A DNA stretch of 61,257 nucleotides, filler included, from Hausera hauseri (taxonomy: Eukaryota), in NCBI GenBank assembly GCA_046269625.1. It is 9 parts of 9 records of this genome, joined end to end, with 100 filler letters (N's around TTAATTAATTAA, not from the genome) between each part and the next. Parts side by side here need not be neighbours in the genome. Positions count along the whole stretch, not along the records: positions 25,487 to 31,881 come from JBJURY010104987.1; positions 31,982 to 36,132 come from JBJURY010733433.1; positions 36,233 to 40,343 come from JBJURY010753875.1; 6 more parts are not named here. The stretch is one strand, 5' to 3'. The position numbers and the translations under genes are program-made. The notes below the pieces were generated by a model, which was not told the origin of the DNA, ran no database searches, and saw only the letters and a program-made list of their open reading frames with translations. Below are positions 25,387-37,660 of the stretch, one piece after another. Position 1 is the stretch's first letter. The number at the start of each line of letters is the position of its first letter.

Positions 25387-25653
25387 NNNNNNNNNNNNNN
25401 NNNNNNNNNNNNNNNNNNNNNNNNNNNNNNTTAATTAATTAANNNNNNNNNNNNNNNNNNNNNNNNNNNNNNNNNNNNNNNNNNNNTTATTATGTTTAGT
25501 TGAACTTCCAACAATTCGTTAACAATGATATTAATTAGCGCATTTTCAAATAATTAAGATTGTAAAAATTCTTTCAGAATTATACTGTAAATAAATGATC
25601 GGGTACGATATTTAATTAAATAGTAATTGTGAAATTCTAATACAATTTTTCAG

Positions 25654-25886
25654 AAATCGAAACATTTTGGCATTTCTCTGTGGATTTATATCATTTTACG
25701 CTGTTTCATTGATTTTGCGTTTTACCATTTTACACAACAAACACACCCATGAACATTCACACGATTTTGCACCGCAAACTGCCGGAGAACATGGGGAGGA
25801 ATTTCGAAAATTCCAAGGAGAACATTTGAACGAATTGAACAATGTCGACATTCGTTGGGATGATGAAGCCAGTGCGAGTCATCACG
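25654..25886 (+). CDS. Host exon, possibly from a ZIP/SLC39 metal transporter (TM helix followed by a His-rich loop)
   Basis: tttttcag| acceptor and |gttagt donor. Translation ILAFLCGFISFYAVSLILRFTILHNKHTHEHSHDF. Confidence 0.45.
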
Positions 25887-27719
25887 GTTAGTTTGTTTAG
25901 TTTTCTTTGGTGTCAATAATTTTTTTATTTTTTGATTAGTTTAATGAATAATTTTCGTAAATCGACATTTTGAACAAAATGAAAACGATGTCAGTTGGAA
26001 ATGTTACGATTGAATGTTGATTTTTGTTAATGAAATATATAACTTCATGATTCACTGAAAATTTACAAAAGTCTGTGAAATTATTTATCGATCTTTCTGC
26101 TAATTATTCAAATTCTAATAGGTCGCTAATATTTGTTTGTGTAGAAATTTGGCTACAGAGTCACGACACACTAACGGTTGGTTATCAGAATTTGATTGTA
26201 CTTGGGGGGGTGACGGGAGGCGAAATTGAACAGGTACCATTATTTTTCATTTTTGAATTCTCCAACCGTGTAATTTTTGTTCCGTTTGCACTTTCTTTTT
26301 CATTTTTCTAAGTTGCCTGAAAATCTTTATCATAGTGAAGTTGCTTTTCTAGTTCATATGAAATTAAATGTTGATTTTCTACCTATCTCTCTCTCTCTCT
26401 CTGTCTCTCTTTCTCAGAATGTTGTAATTGCGAATATTTGTGACATGTAGAAAATTGGAATTTGTCTGAAATTAAAGCTCTGGCACCGTCGTACTTGAAG
26501 GACAATCCAGATGAGCACAAGTCTGTATGTGTGGCAGAATTATTCATGACGATTAGTCCTAGTGATAGATTCGTAATATAGTGGAATCCATTGGAAATGA
26601 ATCTACTGAAGGAGAGGATGGAACTCTGATTTGAGTAACCACACACACATACACATGCACATGTATACACATACACACATGTATACACACATACATATAC
26701 ACACCTACATACACATAGTAATGGAGCAGCAAAAGTAAATAATAAGCAAATTATTATTTATTTTAATTTGTTTAAATAATGGATAAATAAACACTTTAAA
26801 AACTCTTTGGACTTATTTCAATTATGATGGAAAATAAAGCCGATGAACTTCAGGATTTCGATCCTCCGACTTTGCCAAGCAAAGTCTTCTTTACTGTTCT
26901 ACATATTAATTAAATTTAGTTGAAGTCTCTCCCTAAATAATTAACAGGTGTTTGAGCAGATAATCGTAAAAGGAAATTTAAAGTTAATTATTAAAAGGGT
27001 AAGTAGTAGTCATAAACGTAAAGTAAAGCCCATGAAATCAAGAACAAAGAAAAAAGTTAAAACAAGATAAAAATTTGTTTTGCCGAAACACTGGAAAGGA
27101 TATAAACAAGTTGGTATTGTTATAATTGAATCTATATATAAAGCGAATAGTACGAAGTATGCCATATTTAAAAAAAACTAGTTGAATCACCTAGTCATAA
27201 TCGATGGGAATTTTTATATTCAATTTCACCATTTGTGTTCAATGACTTTTTGGAAATACAAAATATCGTTTTGAATAGTGTGAAAATCAACAATTGCAAG
27301 AGAAATTGCTCACGATATAAAAAGGTTCTCATTGACGTGATTAATGAAAAGACACTATCAACTAAAGGCGATTGTTACTAATGTGGTTTCCATTGAAACT
27401 AACTCGAATTGAAGATAAAGAAAAATGTATGTCATAAATCCTATTTCAGGTAAACAGAAAGCTGCTCAATATTTTGAAGATCCTCGAGTTCGACAAGACG
27501 ATAATGGGTTTATGTGAGCTACTTTATTGCCAATTTTAACAATGCCAGAAAAAGAGGTAACACATGATGAAGCTAATAGAATAATGAAATTTGTTTCAGG
27601 AGAGGAACAGATGGAAACCACGTCTATCTTTGTCGACCAAAACAACTTCTCATAAAACGTTGGTTGGCATTTAGAAATTGTCATTTATAAACATTCAGCA
27701 TGCTTATTTACTCATTCTA

Positions 27720-28330
27720 TTTTGATACAATTTACATTGAACATGTCGCAAATAAATGACTATCAAAATGGAGTTATCTTTGCATGTTGGCAAAACGCAT
27801 TTAATAAGACAAATACACAAATTTTTAGTGCAATCGTTTGACGAAGAATCTGTTAGTTATGACTGTATGAAATGGTGGGTCAATAAATTTAACAATAGGC
27901 GTGTTAATTTAACCAGAAAGGAAGGTTCAGATCGACCAATTAGTGAAAGAGAAAAAGATTTGGAAGATGTGGAAAAATCTGTTAAAGAAATTACAATTGT
28001 GTAAAAGAAAATGCCGATTTATTCCCAGACATTTAACACCAGATTTGAAAGCTCGGCATCTTCAATGTGCACAGGTTTCTACTGGAAAGCAACACTTCCG
28101 TGTCCCTCAGCTTCCTTATTCCTCTGATGTTAATCTTCTCGACAGATTTGTTTACCGCAACATGGAAGCGGCTCGATCGATTTGGTTATGAGAGGCACAC
28201 AAGAAGCTCGGGCTTTTGTTCACGATTTCCTTCGGAACATTCGCCGATAATCTTAAATTAATGAACTTGCCCGTATGCGTGGCGATCTTCAAGAAATAAT
28301 TAATCAAAATGGTGATTATATAGTGAAGTG
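27720..28330 (+). mobile_element. Internally deleted mariner transposase remnant
   Basis: HTH-like WVNKFNNRR...GSDRP, RFIPRHLT, and QLPYSSDVNLLD (PYSPDL.P.D motif). Confidence 0.75.
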
Positions 28331-28959
28331 AATTTGTGAATATCTAATTATTAATCACATACTATTTCAAAGCAGTTGTATGCATATTTCATACTTCATA
28401 AAGTTCGCTTCGTTTTTCCAATTATTATATTTACTTCTCAAAAAAAACAAAATTTTATTGGGTACGCCTTTATTTTGTAACCTAATTCCTATGCGTTAAT
28501 TTGATACGTCAAATAAATGCTGTACGTTAATTTTTAATTTTAAATTCAGAATATCTCAACAATCAGTAGAATTGCTCAACGTGTAGGATTCAGTTCCTTC
28601 CGATAGTATGCCAAATAATATAGATGATTTGGTAAAGTATGCCAAGTCACTTGAGTCCCAGTTGCAGAGTATAAATAGCCGCACAATCCCATTTGATGGT
28701 AATATGGGAGCAGAAGATCAGCAGCATCCTGTTTTACAGACTCCTCAGCAGGAACCTCCCTTGTACGCCACAACACCAAACGAAATTAAGGAAGCAATAC
28801 AATCCCAGTTACATTATAAAATGAACACTATTCCTACTCCACCGAAGCGGTATAGGTCCCACCATTGGATGGCGGTTTTGCACAGAGGCCCATAATCCTA
28901 CTTCATGGTTCCTCAATTATCTACCGATCATTCAGGAGCGGTGAACTTTCGCTCGTGTT

Positions 28960-29835
28960 CAGGAAAAAGTATTCTCCGGTGGATTTAAGCACTTTCATGT
29001 GCTTCTATGTTTTAAACCGCGGACTAGGAAACAATTTTTTTGTTTATTTATTGTTTTGGAATATCGGTTGTATTCAAGATTTTTCATCTGACATAGGTTA
29101 TGCCCAAAGACGACATCTATGGTATATATTTGTACCATTTTAAACCAACCTTTTATCGCTGCGGTTATATTACAAAGCGGAGTCCTGTCAATCCAGCTTA
29201 TTGCGTATGCTAGCAAGGCGCATTTTAAAGAAAGTATTATTATAGCTGATGATTTGTTTGCCGTTTCATTCGATAAAGACGTCGTACTTTAGATAGACCT
29301 TCATACATCGGTCAGGTCATACTTGTACTTTCCAAGATACGGATGTATGAGCTGAATTATATCAAGTTGGAGATGTATATGTATCAGTTTAACTGTAAGA
29401 TAGATCTTATTGCTGGTGACACGAACAGCTTTTTCCTTAAATGCCGTGGAGTTGATTTAAGATCACAACTTTTACCGGCAATGATAATCAATGAACAGTC
29501 TAATGATAGCCGCGACCATCTTTACACTACTCGTTTCGCATCTGTAATAGGTAAATTTAAGGACCAAAGTACCAAGAGGCGATTTTTATGGCCGAAATCA
29601 TACGCCCTGAAAACCCGAAACAGACTCGTCCTTAAATATAATGGAATAAATCTGAGGCAAGCAGATTTAGAGTTCAGCGTATGAAAATGGGTGTAGAACA
29701 ATAGTTGATCAGGAGCGAATATATACCAAAAATCGCCAATTAATGACAATCAATACAAAGAAAGAGTTGGATCCGTTTGATGACAAAAGGCAGTGAATAT
29801 ACAAAAATAAAAGTATCGCATATGGGCATTATTAT
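28960..29835 (+). pseudogene. Polinton/adintovirus-type protein-primed DNA polymerase B, C-terminal remnant
   Basis: LDRPSYIGQ.IL.LSK..MY, IAGDTNSFF (YxDTDS-like), VIGKFKD, PKSYAL, DPFDDKR, AYGH. Confidence 0.8.
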
Positions 29836-30669
29836 ATTTGATTTGATTGATTCTGTTGTTCATTTTTTGTTATACCAATAAAAGTTTTTAATCTGTCTTA
29901 TTTGTTGTAGTCATAGTAAATGTTGCCTTACAATTTAGACAATGTGTTACTTTAGAACTATAACACAGAACTAAATGACCACACATTAGGAATACCGTAT
30001 CTACCTTATTTTCTATACATAGTAAACACAAACTGATGCTTCTTTATTTTATTTTTCAGGTTCTTTAATTCAACATTTACCTTTTCAACAGTATTAGAGT
30101 AATCTGCATAATACAAACCGTGAATATACATTTGATTTGTCACATTAATTAGATTTTCTATGAGCTAAATATTCTGTTGTTTTCGCAAGTCATTCAGAAC
30201 TATTTTCCACTATTTACCAACTGTGAAATTGATTGTGCATCAAAATTTTGTAATTGTCTTAACTGTTCGCCTATTTCCATAATAGTATAATTAATACCAT
30301 ATACTTCCCATATAAATACTAATTTGCAAAAATTGTAAAATTTAAAAATTTTGGCGCGAAATTTTTTAACAATTCCGAATTCATGCAGTACACCTACTTG
30401 TGTGTAGCACTTTTGTAACTGCATGTTTCTCATCTCCACCCTATTAACCGTGTGGTGTATCTATTTCTCTCATCCATTACTCATCCCGAACTCTCTACAA
30501 GGGGTGGGGGTTGGAGCAATGCGCTCATACCTGTCTACTAAATGTATTAAAATTGGCTTTATTGGATAACGTTAATAGTTTACAGATTGATTCAATGTTA
30601 GAATACACTCTTGCTCGTACTTTAACTATAAAAAACAAAATGAATGAAAAAGTATCATCCATGAAATGT

Positions 30670-30880
30670 ATTTAAATGCTATATATTTATACAAGTCTCA
30701 TCGAACCCATACTTGTAGGTAATGGCATGAACCATTACTGAGATCTGTAACGCTCGACTAATTATGTAATGAGGTGATTTCTGTAAGGCCTAAAAAGACC
30801 ATGTATATACCAATAGCATCATCTTACATAAACACAATCAGTTTAAATTCAAGATGATTCAGGAAAACTTGTACAATTTG
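30670..30880 (+). pseudogene. Polinton/adintovirus penton (minor capsid)-like C-terminal remnant
   Basis: YIYTSLIEPILVGNG..PLLRSV...MYIPIASSYINTISL resembles the YxDIIxPxxVGDxxxxLLR...YxP motif. Confidence 0.6.
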
Positions 30881-30918
30881 GTTTGCGTGCAATTTTAACG
30901 GTTAATATTAGCATATTA

Positions 30919-31680
30919 ATGATGAATTTTTGTCTAGTGCTATCAAGTAACGGTTGCCGATATACTCAACCTGAAAATAACGCAGCTCCATACATTATTC
31001 ATAATGAAAACTCGATTAATGTGAGAGGTGATCATGAATTAGCATTAACCGAAATTGATTTCACATAATCCCGTAACATTAAGAAAAAAATTGTAGCACA
31101 ATCTATGGGTAATACAGTTCATTCTGGATTAAAGATTGAATTGATTGAGAACAAGATTCACTTTTTGCTTCGTTAAATATTACATTAACGTTTACATCGC
31201 TGGTTGATGTAAATTCATTTGGATTTCTAGAGAAAATAATAAAGGGACGCACAAATATTTTTCAATTACCTTTAACGACTGATTCTAGACCAATTGGAAA
31301 AATCAGTGTTCTTTGAAAATCCTGCTTCAGATACATATTATCTTTATGAAGATAGATTATTCGAAACTGCAGAAAATGTGTGCCTATTTACTACCAAAAG
31401 TTCCACTGATGTTTTCCGATGTCAGTTTGGTTTCAATAAATCAGAATTTAGTTAAGCGTAGAAGCAAAATACATGCCGAAATTGAAAAATATTCAAATTC
31501 CTTGAAATTCAAAAAATATTCCTTGACCCAATTCAAGCAGATGAAATGAAACTACCGTTATTGAAAACATTGTAATTGATGAAAATAAAACAAGAGGTTA
31601 GATGGAATATATTGAATTTATCAACCTAATGTATGTACTCTTGTCATAATCTATAAACAATAACGAAATAAATATATGAT
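30919..31680 (+). pseudogene. Second penton-like gene remnant
   Basis: MNFCLVLSSNGCRYTQPENNAA.Y.I.....I.V.GDHELALTEIDF resembles the FxxxLxSN...PxN...GxWEVALxEI N-terminal motif. Confidence 0.6.
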
Positions 31681-31981
31681 TCTTGTCGTCTAACTAATTT
31701 TTCAGAAGGTTCAAAATCAGCAATAAAAATTTACAGTAGATAGATGTGAGGACATGAGATCAGATTACCTGCCCCCCAATAAGAAGGAAAGTAGCCAATC
31801 ATAGGACACATCATTGGGGGTAGGAAAACTAGCCAATGGGAGGAGGACACGTCATCGGGGTGTAAGGAAAACTGATCAATCNNNNNNNNNNNNNNNNNNN
31901 NNNNNNNNNNNNNNNNNNNNNNNNNTTAATTAATTAANNNNNNNNNNNNNNNNNNNNNNNNNNNNNNNNNNNNNNNNNNNN

Positions 31982-32164
31982 CACCACAGGCAAAATACCA
32001 GGAGGTAGAAGCTGTGGTCAGCAAAGAACAAAGTGTCTGGATGGTTTGAAAGAATGGCGCGGTGGTAGGTCAACAGCAGAGATGATTGGAGACATCAGGA
32101 ATCGCAAGAGGTGGAGATCCGTGACAGCCTGTGATTCGCAGCACGGCACCTGATGATGATGATA
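31982..32164 (+). mobile_element. RTE-like LINE 3' end
   Basis: GKIPGGRSCGQQRTKCLDGLK..., R.RWRS, then a (TGA)n tail. Confidence 0.65.
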
Positions 32165-32894
32165 TTGCCCAGTTTATTACTAATAATAAAACTCATCATC
32201 ATTCAGACTGTGAATGAATACCCTGTACATAATATGTGTGTGTGTATGTATGTGTGTGTGTGAGCGCGTGCGTGCGTGCGTATGTGTGTGTGTGTTATTT
32301 TAATTTATGTATTGCATTAGCACTGAAAGTAGTGGTATGATTTTGTCACGCTGTGGCTTATATTTGAAAAAAACATATTTACCGATTCCATGGAACATGA
32401 CGCACAATGTCTAAAAATGTACATGTTAAGACCTATTGCTACAATATGTCTTGTCTCTGAGTGTACACATTTCGCTACGTTGAATTTACCTCTCTTATTG
32501 ATTAAATATTTATGTTGAAACGTTCGTCTTCATTATTTTTTGAAAACAAAGAATCCGGCTTATGTTTTATGTTGTACATGAGAATGACATTTCTTTTCTA
32601 AAGTAAACTTTAAAACTGAAACTGGTATGTCCCAGCTTTAAAAAAACCACTCCCATCGCATTGGTGAATGCCGTAGGTGAATGAAGTGTTAGTGCCTTCA
32701 TTTTTCTAGGCTTCGGCTTTGTGAGTAGGGACGCCTACACCTTTCTCGCCGCATTTATTTCCCAGGTATTACCCTGGTACCAGCTTACTAATCTATAAAT
32801 GGCTTCTGGACATATTTTCTTTGGTTATGTCTTGCGTTACTCTTTTATATGCCGTTTGACTACACGAGAAAACGATCCTAATGCTCAATACATC

Positions 32895-33440
32895 TAATTA
32901 CTTATCCCTGTGCAACCTTTGTGGGGCATAGGTCGTCTACTAGAAGTCTCCACCTCTCCTGTCCTGGGTCTTTCTTTCTGTCTATTTCCAGGTATAGCTA
33001 AGCTTTTTTGAATCTGCTTCTAGATTTCTACGCGCGGTATTTCGTGGCCTTCCTGTATGCCTGCTCCCTTTGGATTCAAGGTTTATGCCTGACTAGAAAT
33101 ATGTGTAGCAGATTTACGCAGTGTCGATCCTGTCCATCTCCAGCATTTCTTGCAATGTTTTATTCAGCTGGGTGTAGTTGTGTTTTCTGCCAGAGTTTAG
33201 AGCTGCTTACAGTGTCATGCCAGAATATGTGTAGTATCCTTCTAAGCAGGCCTTTAATGAAGGTCTGCAGTTTCTTTGTAATCTTCGATGTCATCTTCCA
33301 TGTTTCTGCTCCACTCAGCAGGACAGCTTTCAAGTTGCTGTTGAATATTTGTATCTTGGTTTTTACAGTTAACTTTTTAGATTTCCATATATTCTTCAGT
33401 CATACGACTGCTTATCTAGCTTTTCGTATTCTGGATTTAT
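32895..33440 (-). mobile_element. RTE-like LINE 3' region
   Basis: Minus strand encodes KIQIFNSNLKAVLLSGAETWKMT..ITKKLQTFI..LRRIL.IFW, typical of the RTE C-terminal region. Confidence 0.8.
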
Positions 33441-33444
33441 AACT

Positions 33445-34600
33445 GCTCCCGCTTTCATCAGCAGCTCAGAGAGGCGAATGAGAGTGATGATGGAAATGGA
33501 CTGGTTAGTCCTTTGATCAAGGAAGAACGAGAGGGCCTGGATGCCATCATTATGGGGAATGAGGCTATGAAGAAAGCAGACATCAAGTAGAAAAAGTCGA
33601 TAGGTTCGAGAAAGGTAAGGAGATACAGACTCAAAAATACGCACAGCGTGGTTCGTCATTTAAGAAAGATGGCAGGTTCTCAACAATAGGTTGAAAGATA
33701 CTGTTATGGAAATCAGATATGACAATATGTCTCTCCTCCAAACCAATCAAATTCCACCACTACTCTCAGCCGCCTCATTAAACAGGTTCTAACCCTAAAC
33801 TCTTTCGAATTGAATGGCGAATTATTTAACCAGTTCAGCGGGGTTGCTAGGGACATCTAAACAAGACCGAGCCATGCTTGCCTTTTCATGGGACTCTTTG
33901 AACACCAAGTATGGCGACGTTGTAAGGGCTTCTTACCCTGTCTGTATCGCAGATACATTAATGCTGGATTCTGCATTATGGAAATGTCTAAAGATGACCT
34001 CACTGGCTGCATCTCCTTCGTCTGTAGTTTTCACCGTATCATGAAGTTCACCTCCTGCGTATCCTCCACTTCTACCAGCTTCCTCAACTGTATAGTTTCC
34101 ATCAAACTCTGTAACTCAACACCACTGTTTTCCATAAATTTATTGATGCCCACAGCTACCTTCTCTACGACTCATCCAACCCTCCTTCCCGTCTCAGTTA
34201 CCTACCTTATTCCAAACTTCGTTTGCGACGCCTCTGCCAGGCTGGCGTTTATTTTATTCAACTAGCCGTTGAAATGTTTGATTACTTCCGCAGAAGGCAT
34301 TGCCGCGAACACCTCCTTACAATTCCCCCCACCCCAACAAATCCTTAACGAGATCTGTACACTCTCCAACAATTATTTTTGGGACCAGAACATCATCATA
34401 ATCATAATGTGCCATGCTGTGCAGCGTGGGTCGTCATGAAATCCCAATCTCTCCCGATTGCTAGCTTCTCCAACCACCTCTGCCGCAGACCCATCTCCGA
34501 AACATTCACGCAAATGATTCAGACACCTAATTATCCGGCGTCCGCCACCTCCATCTCCAGGCACCTAGCCCGTTCGTGACCAAGCTCTCCAAACCCTCCT
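33445..34600. mobile_element. Penelope-like RT fragments in opposite orientations
   Basis: Minus strand: LDV..LHSLIPHNDGIQALSFFLD. Plus strand: LTLNSFELNGELFNQ..GVA, ACLFMG.FE, LYRRYINAGF (YIDD-like), KFT, FLN. Confidence 0.75.
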
Positions 34601-34629
34601 GTCAAAACACTGCCAATCATAGATGCCCG

Positions 34630-34980
34630 TCCCTTTTTGATCTTACTGATAAGCGTTCATTATGCGTCCGTCTCGTGCTAAATTTTCTCACCTGCTCTCC
34701 CCGCCGTCCGTGGGACTTCCAACGCTCCTCCGAGAAACCACATCTCTGCCGCCCCCAGAGAACCCTTCAATTTCCCACCCAATGTACAAGATTTGCAGCG
34801 AAACAACATGTGTTCGACATAATACTGCAGAACTCTCTTTCTCAACCGTAACGACAGATCTGTCGCGCACAATGTGCTTTTCATTTCCTGATTTCCCGGA
34901 GTGTTGCTTTTGCCTGTGCAATTTTACTTCTGATTTCCGTGTCACATCTGCTATTCCTTGTTATGAAAATTCCGAGGTAT
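34630..34980 (-). mobile_element. RTE-like LINE fragment
   Basis: LSLRLRKRVLQYYVE.MLF.C.S.TL, L.AAEMWF....L.VP.T. Confidence 0.7.
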
Positions 34981-35080
34981 TTGAATTATTTCTGCACTTG
35001 TTTTACTTTTGTTTGTTTTTATCGTTATATTGCACAATTGTGGTTCTTTTTTCTTAGAGACTATCATCGCTATTGTATAC

Positions 35081-35540
35081 CGACATAAAAAGTTACCGAT
35101 ATAAAAAGTCACTGACATAAAAAGTTCACGATATAAAGTGCATGTGGAAAGTAAAAGCTGGACTTGTATACAAAAAATATTACCTTTCAAAACGTTGTCC
35201 TTCCAAAAAAAAAAATTTAAAATCAACCATGTGACATTTTTCAGTCATTGAAAAATGATGGTTGTCAATACCGTTAAAATCCCCAGAAGAATGGAAAATG
35301 TTCGAACAGTTTATACAAATGCTGCCCCTGAGTTTTTAAAAGAAAAAAAATTGCATACAATTATTTCTGAACACAAAATGTTAACGACATAAAAAAAGTT
35401 ACCGACATAAAAAGTTACCGACATTAAAAGTTACCTATATTAAAAGTTCCGACAAAAAGTAACCAACATAAAAAGATATCAACATTAAGTGCGTGTGGAA
35501 AGGGAAAGTTGGACTTGTATAAAAACAAAATATTACCAAG
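35081..35540. repeat. Two related blocks of ~16-bp GACATAAAAAGTTACC tandem units with a shared downstream tail
   Basis: Units at 35081-35135 and 35386-35485, each followed by GTGGAAAG...GGACTTGTATA...AATATTACC. Confidence 0.75.
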
Positions 35541-36232
35541 ACATAAATTGCTAACACAAAGTGGATGTAAAAATCTTAACAAAGTATAATAATTTAAATC
35601 TGTTATTCATGGCGTGTTCACACTTACCGCTGCGAACCTGTGATCGAGAGATTGCGGGTTCGGCGGCGGAAAAACCTATAACGTTGTTCCCGGTATATGT
35701 GTAGGTAGACCGACGCCTAGTCCTATCGGAGATGAACGATAACTCGGAGGTCCCGTCTGAACGTTTTGCACGATAAAGATCCCTTGGTAGTTGGAAATCG
35801 AAAAAGAGTAGGCCTTCGGCCGCTACCCGGGTAAATGTGGTTAAAATTCCTACACAACAAAGTTAGATATATTAACCTATAGGGTCCTCGCCGGTGCAGC
35901 TGAGTAAGTGCACTGAGCTCAGATCCTCCAGAATGGAGGAGAACGGAGCACTTATGGATCTATCCGTGTGCGTAGATATTGACCCCTTGACTAAACTATT
36001 ATTTGTAGTAGTAGTAGTAAGTTTACACATACCTGTAAAACGATTTACGTCCCTCAGCTACAATTGCTATTTTTTTTTTTTTTGTGATAATATTAACAAT
36101 GTTACAAACAAGAGTTAGAAAACAAGAATTTCNNNNNNNNNNNNNNNNNNNNNNNNNNNNNNNNNNNNNNNNNNNNTTAATTAATTAANNNNNNNNNNNN
36201 NNNNNNNNNNNNNNNNNNNNNNNNNNNNNNNN

Positions 36233-37224
36233 ATCAGACGTCGGAGTGGGACAACCTTGAATTACCTGTTCAAATGGGATTAGAAAATTACGCAAAAGAT
36301 TCAGGAATTAATCGTCGCTACCTACGGTTGATAACACAATTCGAGGACGTCATTAAATATATAACAGAAGAAATTCAGACGCCACACAAGATATTTTCGG
36401 AAGAAACACAAATAATCATAAATAAAGGTGTAGAATCAATAGCCAAACATCCTTATTCGACCACTAATAAGGTAGTCCCGGTGTTTCAACAAATAAACAA
36501 ACTTCAAAAATACTGTTATAACTTAACAACCGAAGCAGACAAGTTGCGTATAGTAACCAACCGTCTGGCTCATTTACCTCTAGGTAACAGAAACTCTGCA
36601 GCGATACTTGAAAAATGCCTCGATAAGCGAATGCTCATTAATAATCTTAGACAAGCCTGCGTAACACACCTCGAATGAAAAAGGGAAATAGAACAATCTA
36701 ACCTAGCCGAAAAGACGGCATTATTAATGTACTGTAATAAAAGAGGATTGCAACTTCACCATAGATGTAATACAGCGATCTATCAATGTATACAATAAAC
36801 CAATATTGTGTGGGAAGCATCTACTCATATCAGAGAAGACCTCATGCGTTTTTACATAGATATGTATAGCAAAGACCTTAAAAAATACCAAGAAGAATCA
36901 AAATACAATTCAAGTATTCACCCCATGAAAGATAATATACTATTAATTATTAGTCTCCTATTTTAGTTTTCGAAGACAACATATCAAGTGAGTCATTCTT
37001 TCAAGGAACGTTACGAAAATGATTTTATTAATTATAACTCAGTATTAAGGATATTTGACGACATTATAAGTATATCTGGTCTGAAACTTTTCAGGTACAA
37101 TTCCATGAGTGAATTAGTAAAAGTTTGGAACTATAGATGCGGATTGAAATCCTTTTTTCTAGAAAAACACGAACACAAATCGATGGACACCGCTAGTTTT
37201 GTTAAAAGAACTTCGATTTATTGA
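36233..37224 (+). pseudogene. Intronless orphan ORF (~330 codons, three in-frame stops), virus-like
   Basis: ORFs 36274-36678 and 36988-37224 are in the same frame and joined by an almost open frame. It converges on the gag ORF. Confidence 0.55.
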
Positions 37225-37660
37225 CTTTTCTGCTATAAGGTATAGTTGTGTATATATTGTTGGCGGCCGTAAAGGTGAACGGAAAATGATAAATGGTGTT
37301 AAAGGTATTGTTTATTATACTATTCATCGTTATTATTCTTTGTCTTGTCTTTTGGGCGTTGGAAGGGGTTGTGAACAATGTGGAGAAATGTATATATTTA
37401 CATAAATGATTGATTAGGTTTATACGGTTGTGATGGGACTTAAATTTGGGGTTAAGGAGGGAGTTATGTGTAATGGTCGGCTGAGATCGGGTGGGAAGTT
37501 GTATAAGATCGTAGACAAAAAACAGTCGATTTGGAACGATAAGAGTTATTGGCCCGGCTTAGTGGAATTCGTGTTTATTGGTAGAATGATTGTAGTTTTT
37601 ATGTGTCTGGATAAAAACACTGGTTTAAACGATAATAAAGGTTATATTAACACTAATTCA

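Noticed and set aside
35081-35540. Short repeats resembling a CRISPR array
   Set aside because: Units are abutting and degenerate with no unique spacers, there are no cas genes, and the context is eukaryotic.
35610-35990. GC-richer island beginning GGCGTGTTCACAC, possible Harbinger MITE or structured RNA
   Set aside because: No convincing matching inverted terminus or recognisable RNA motif found.
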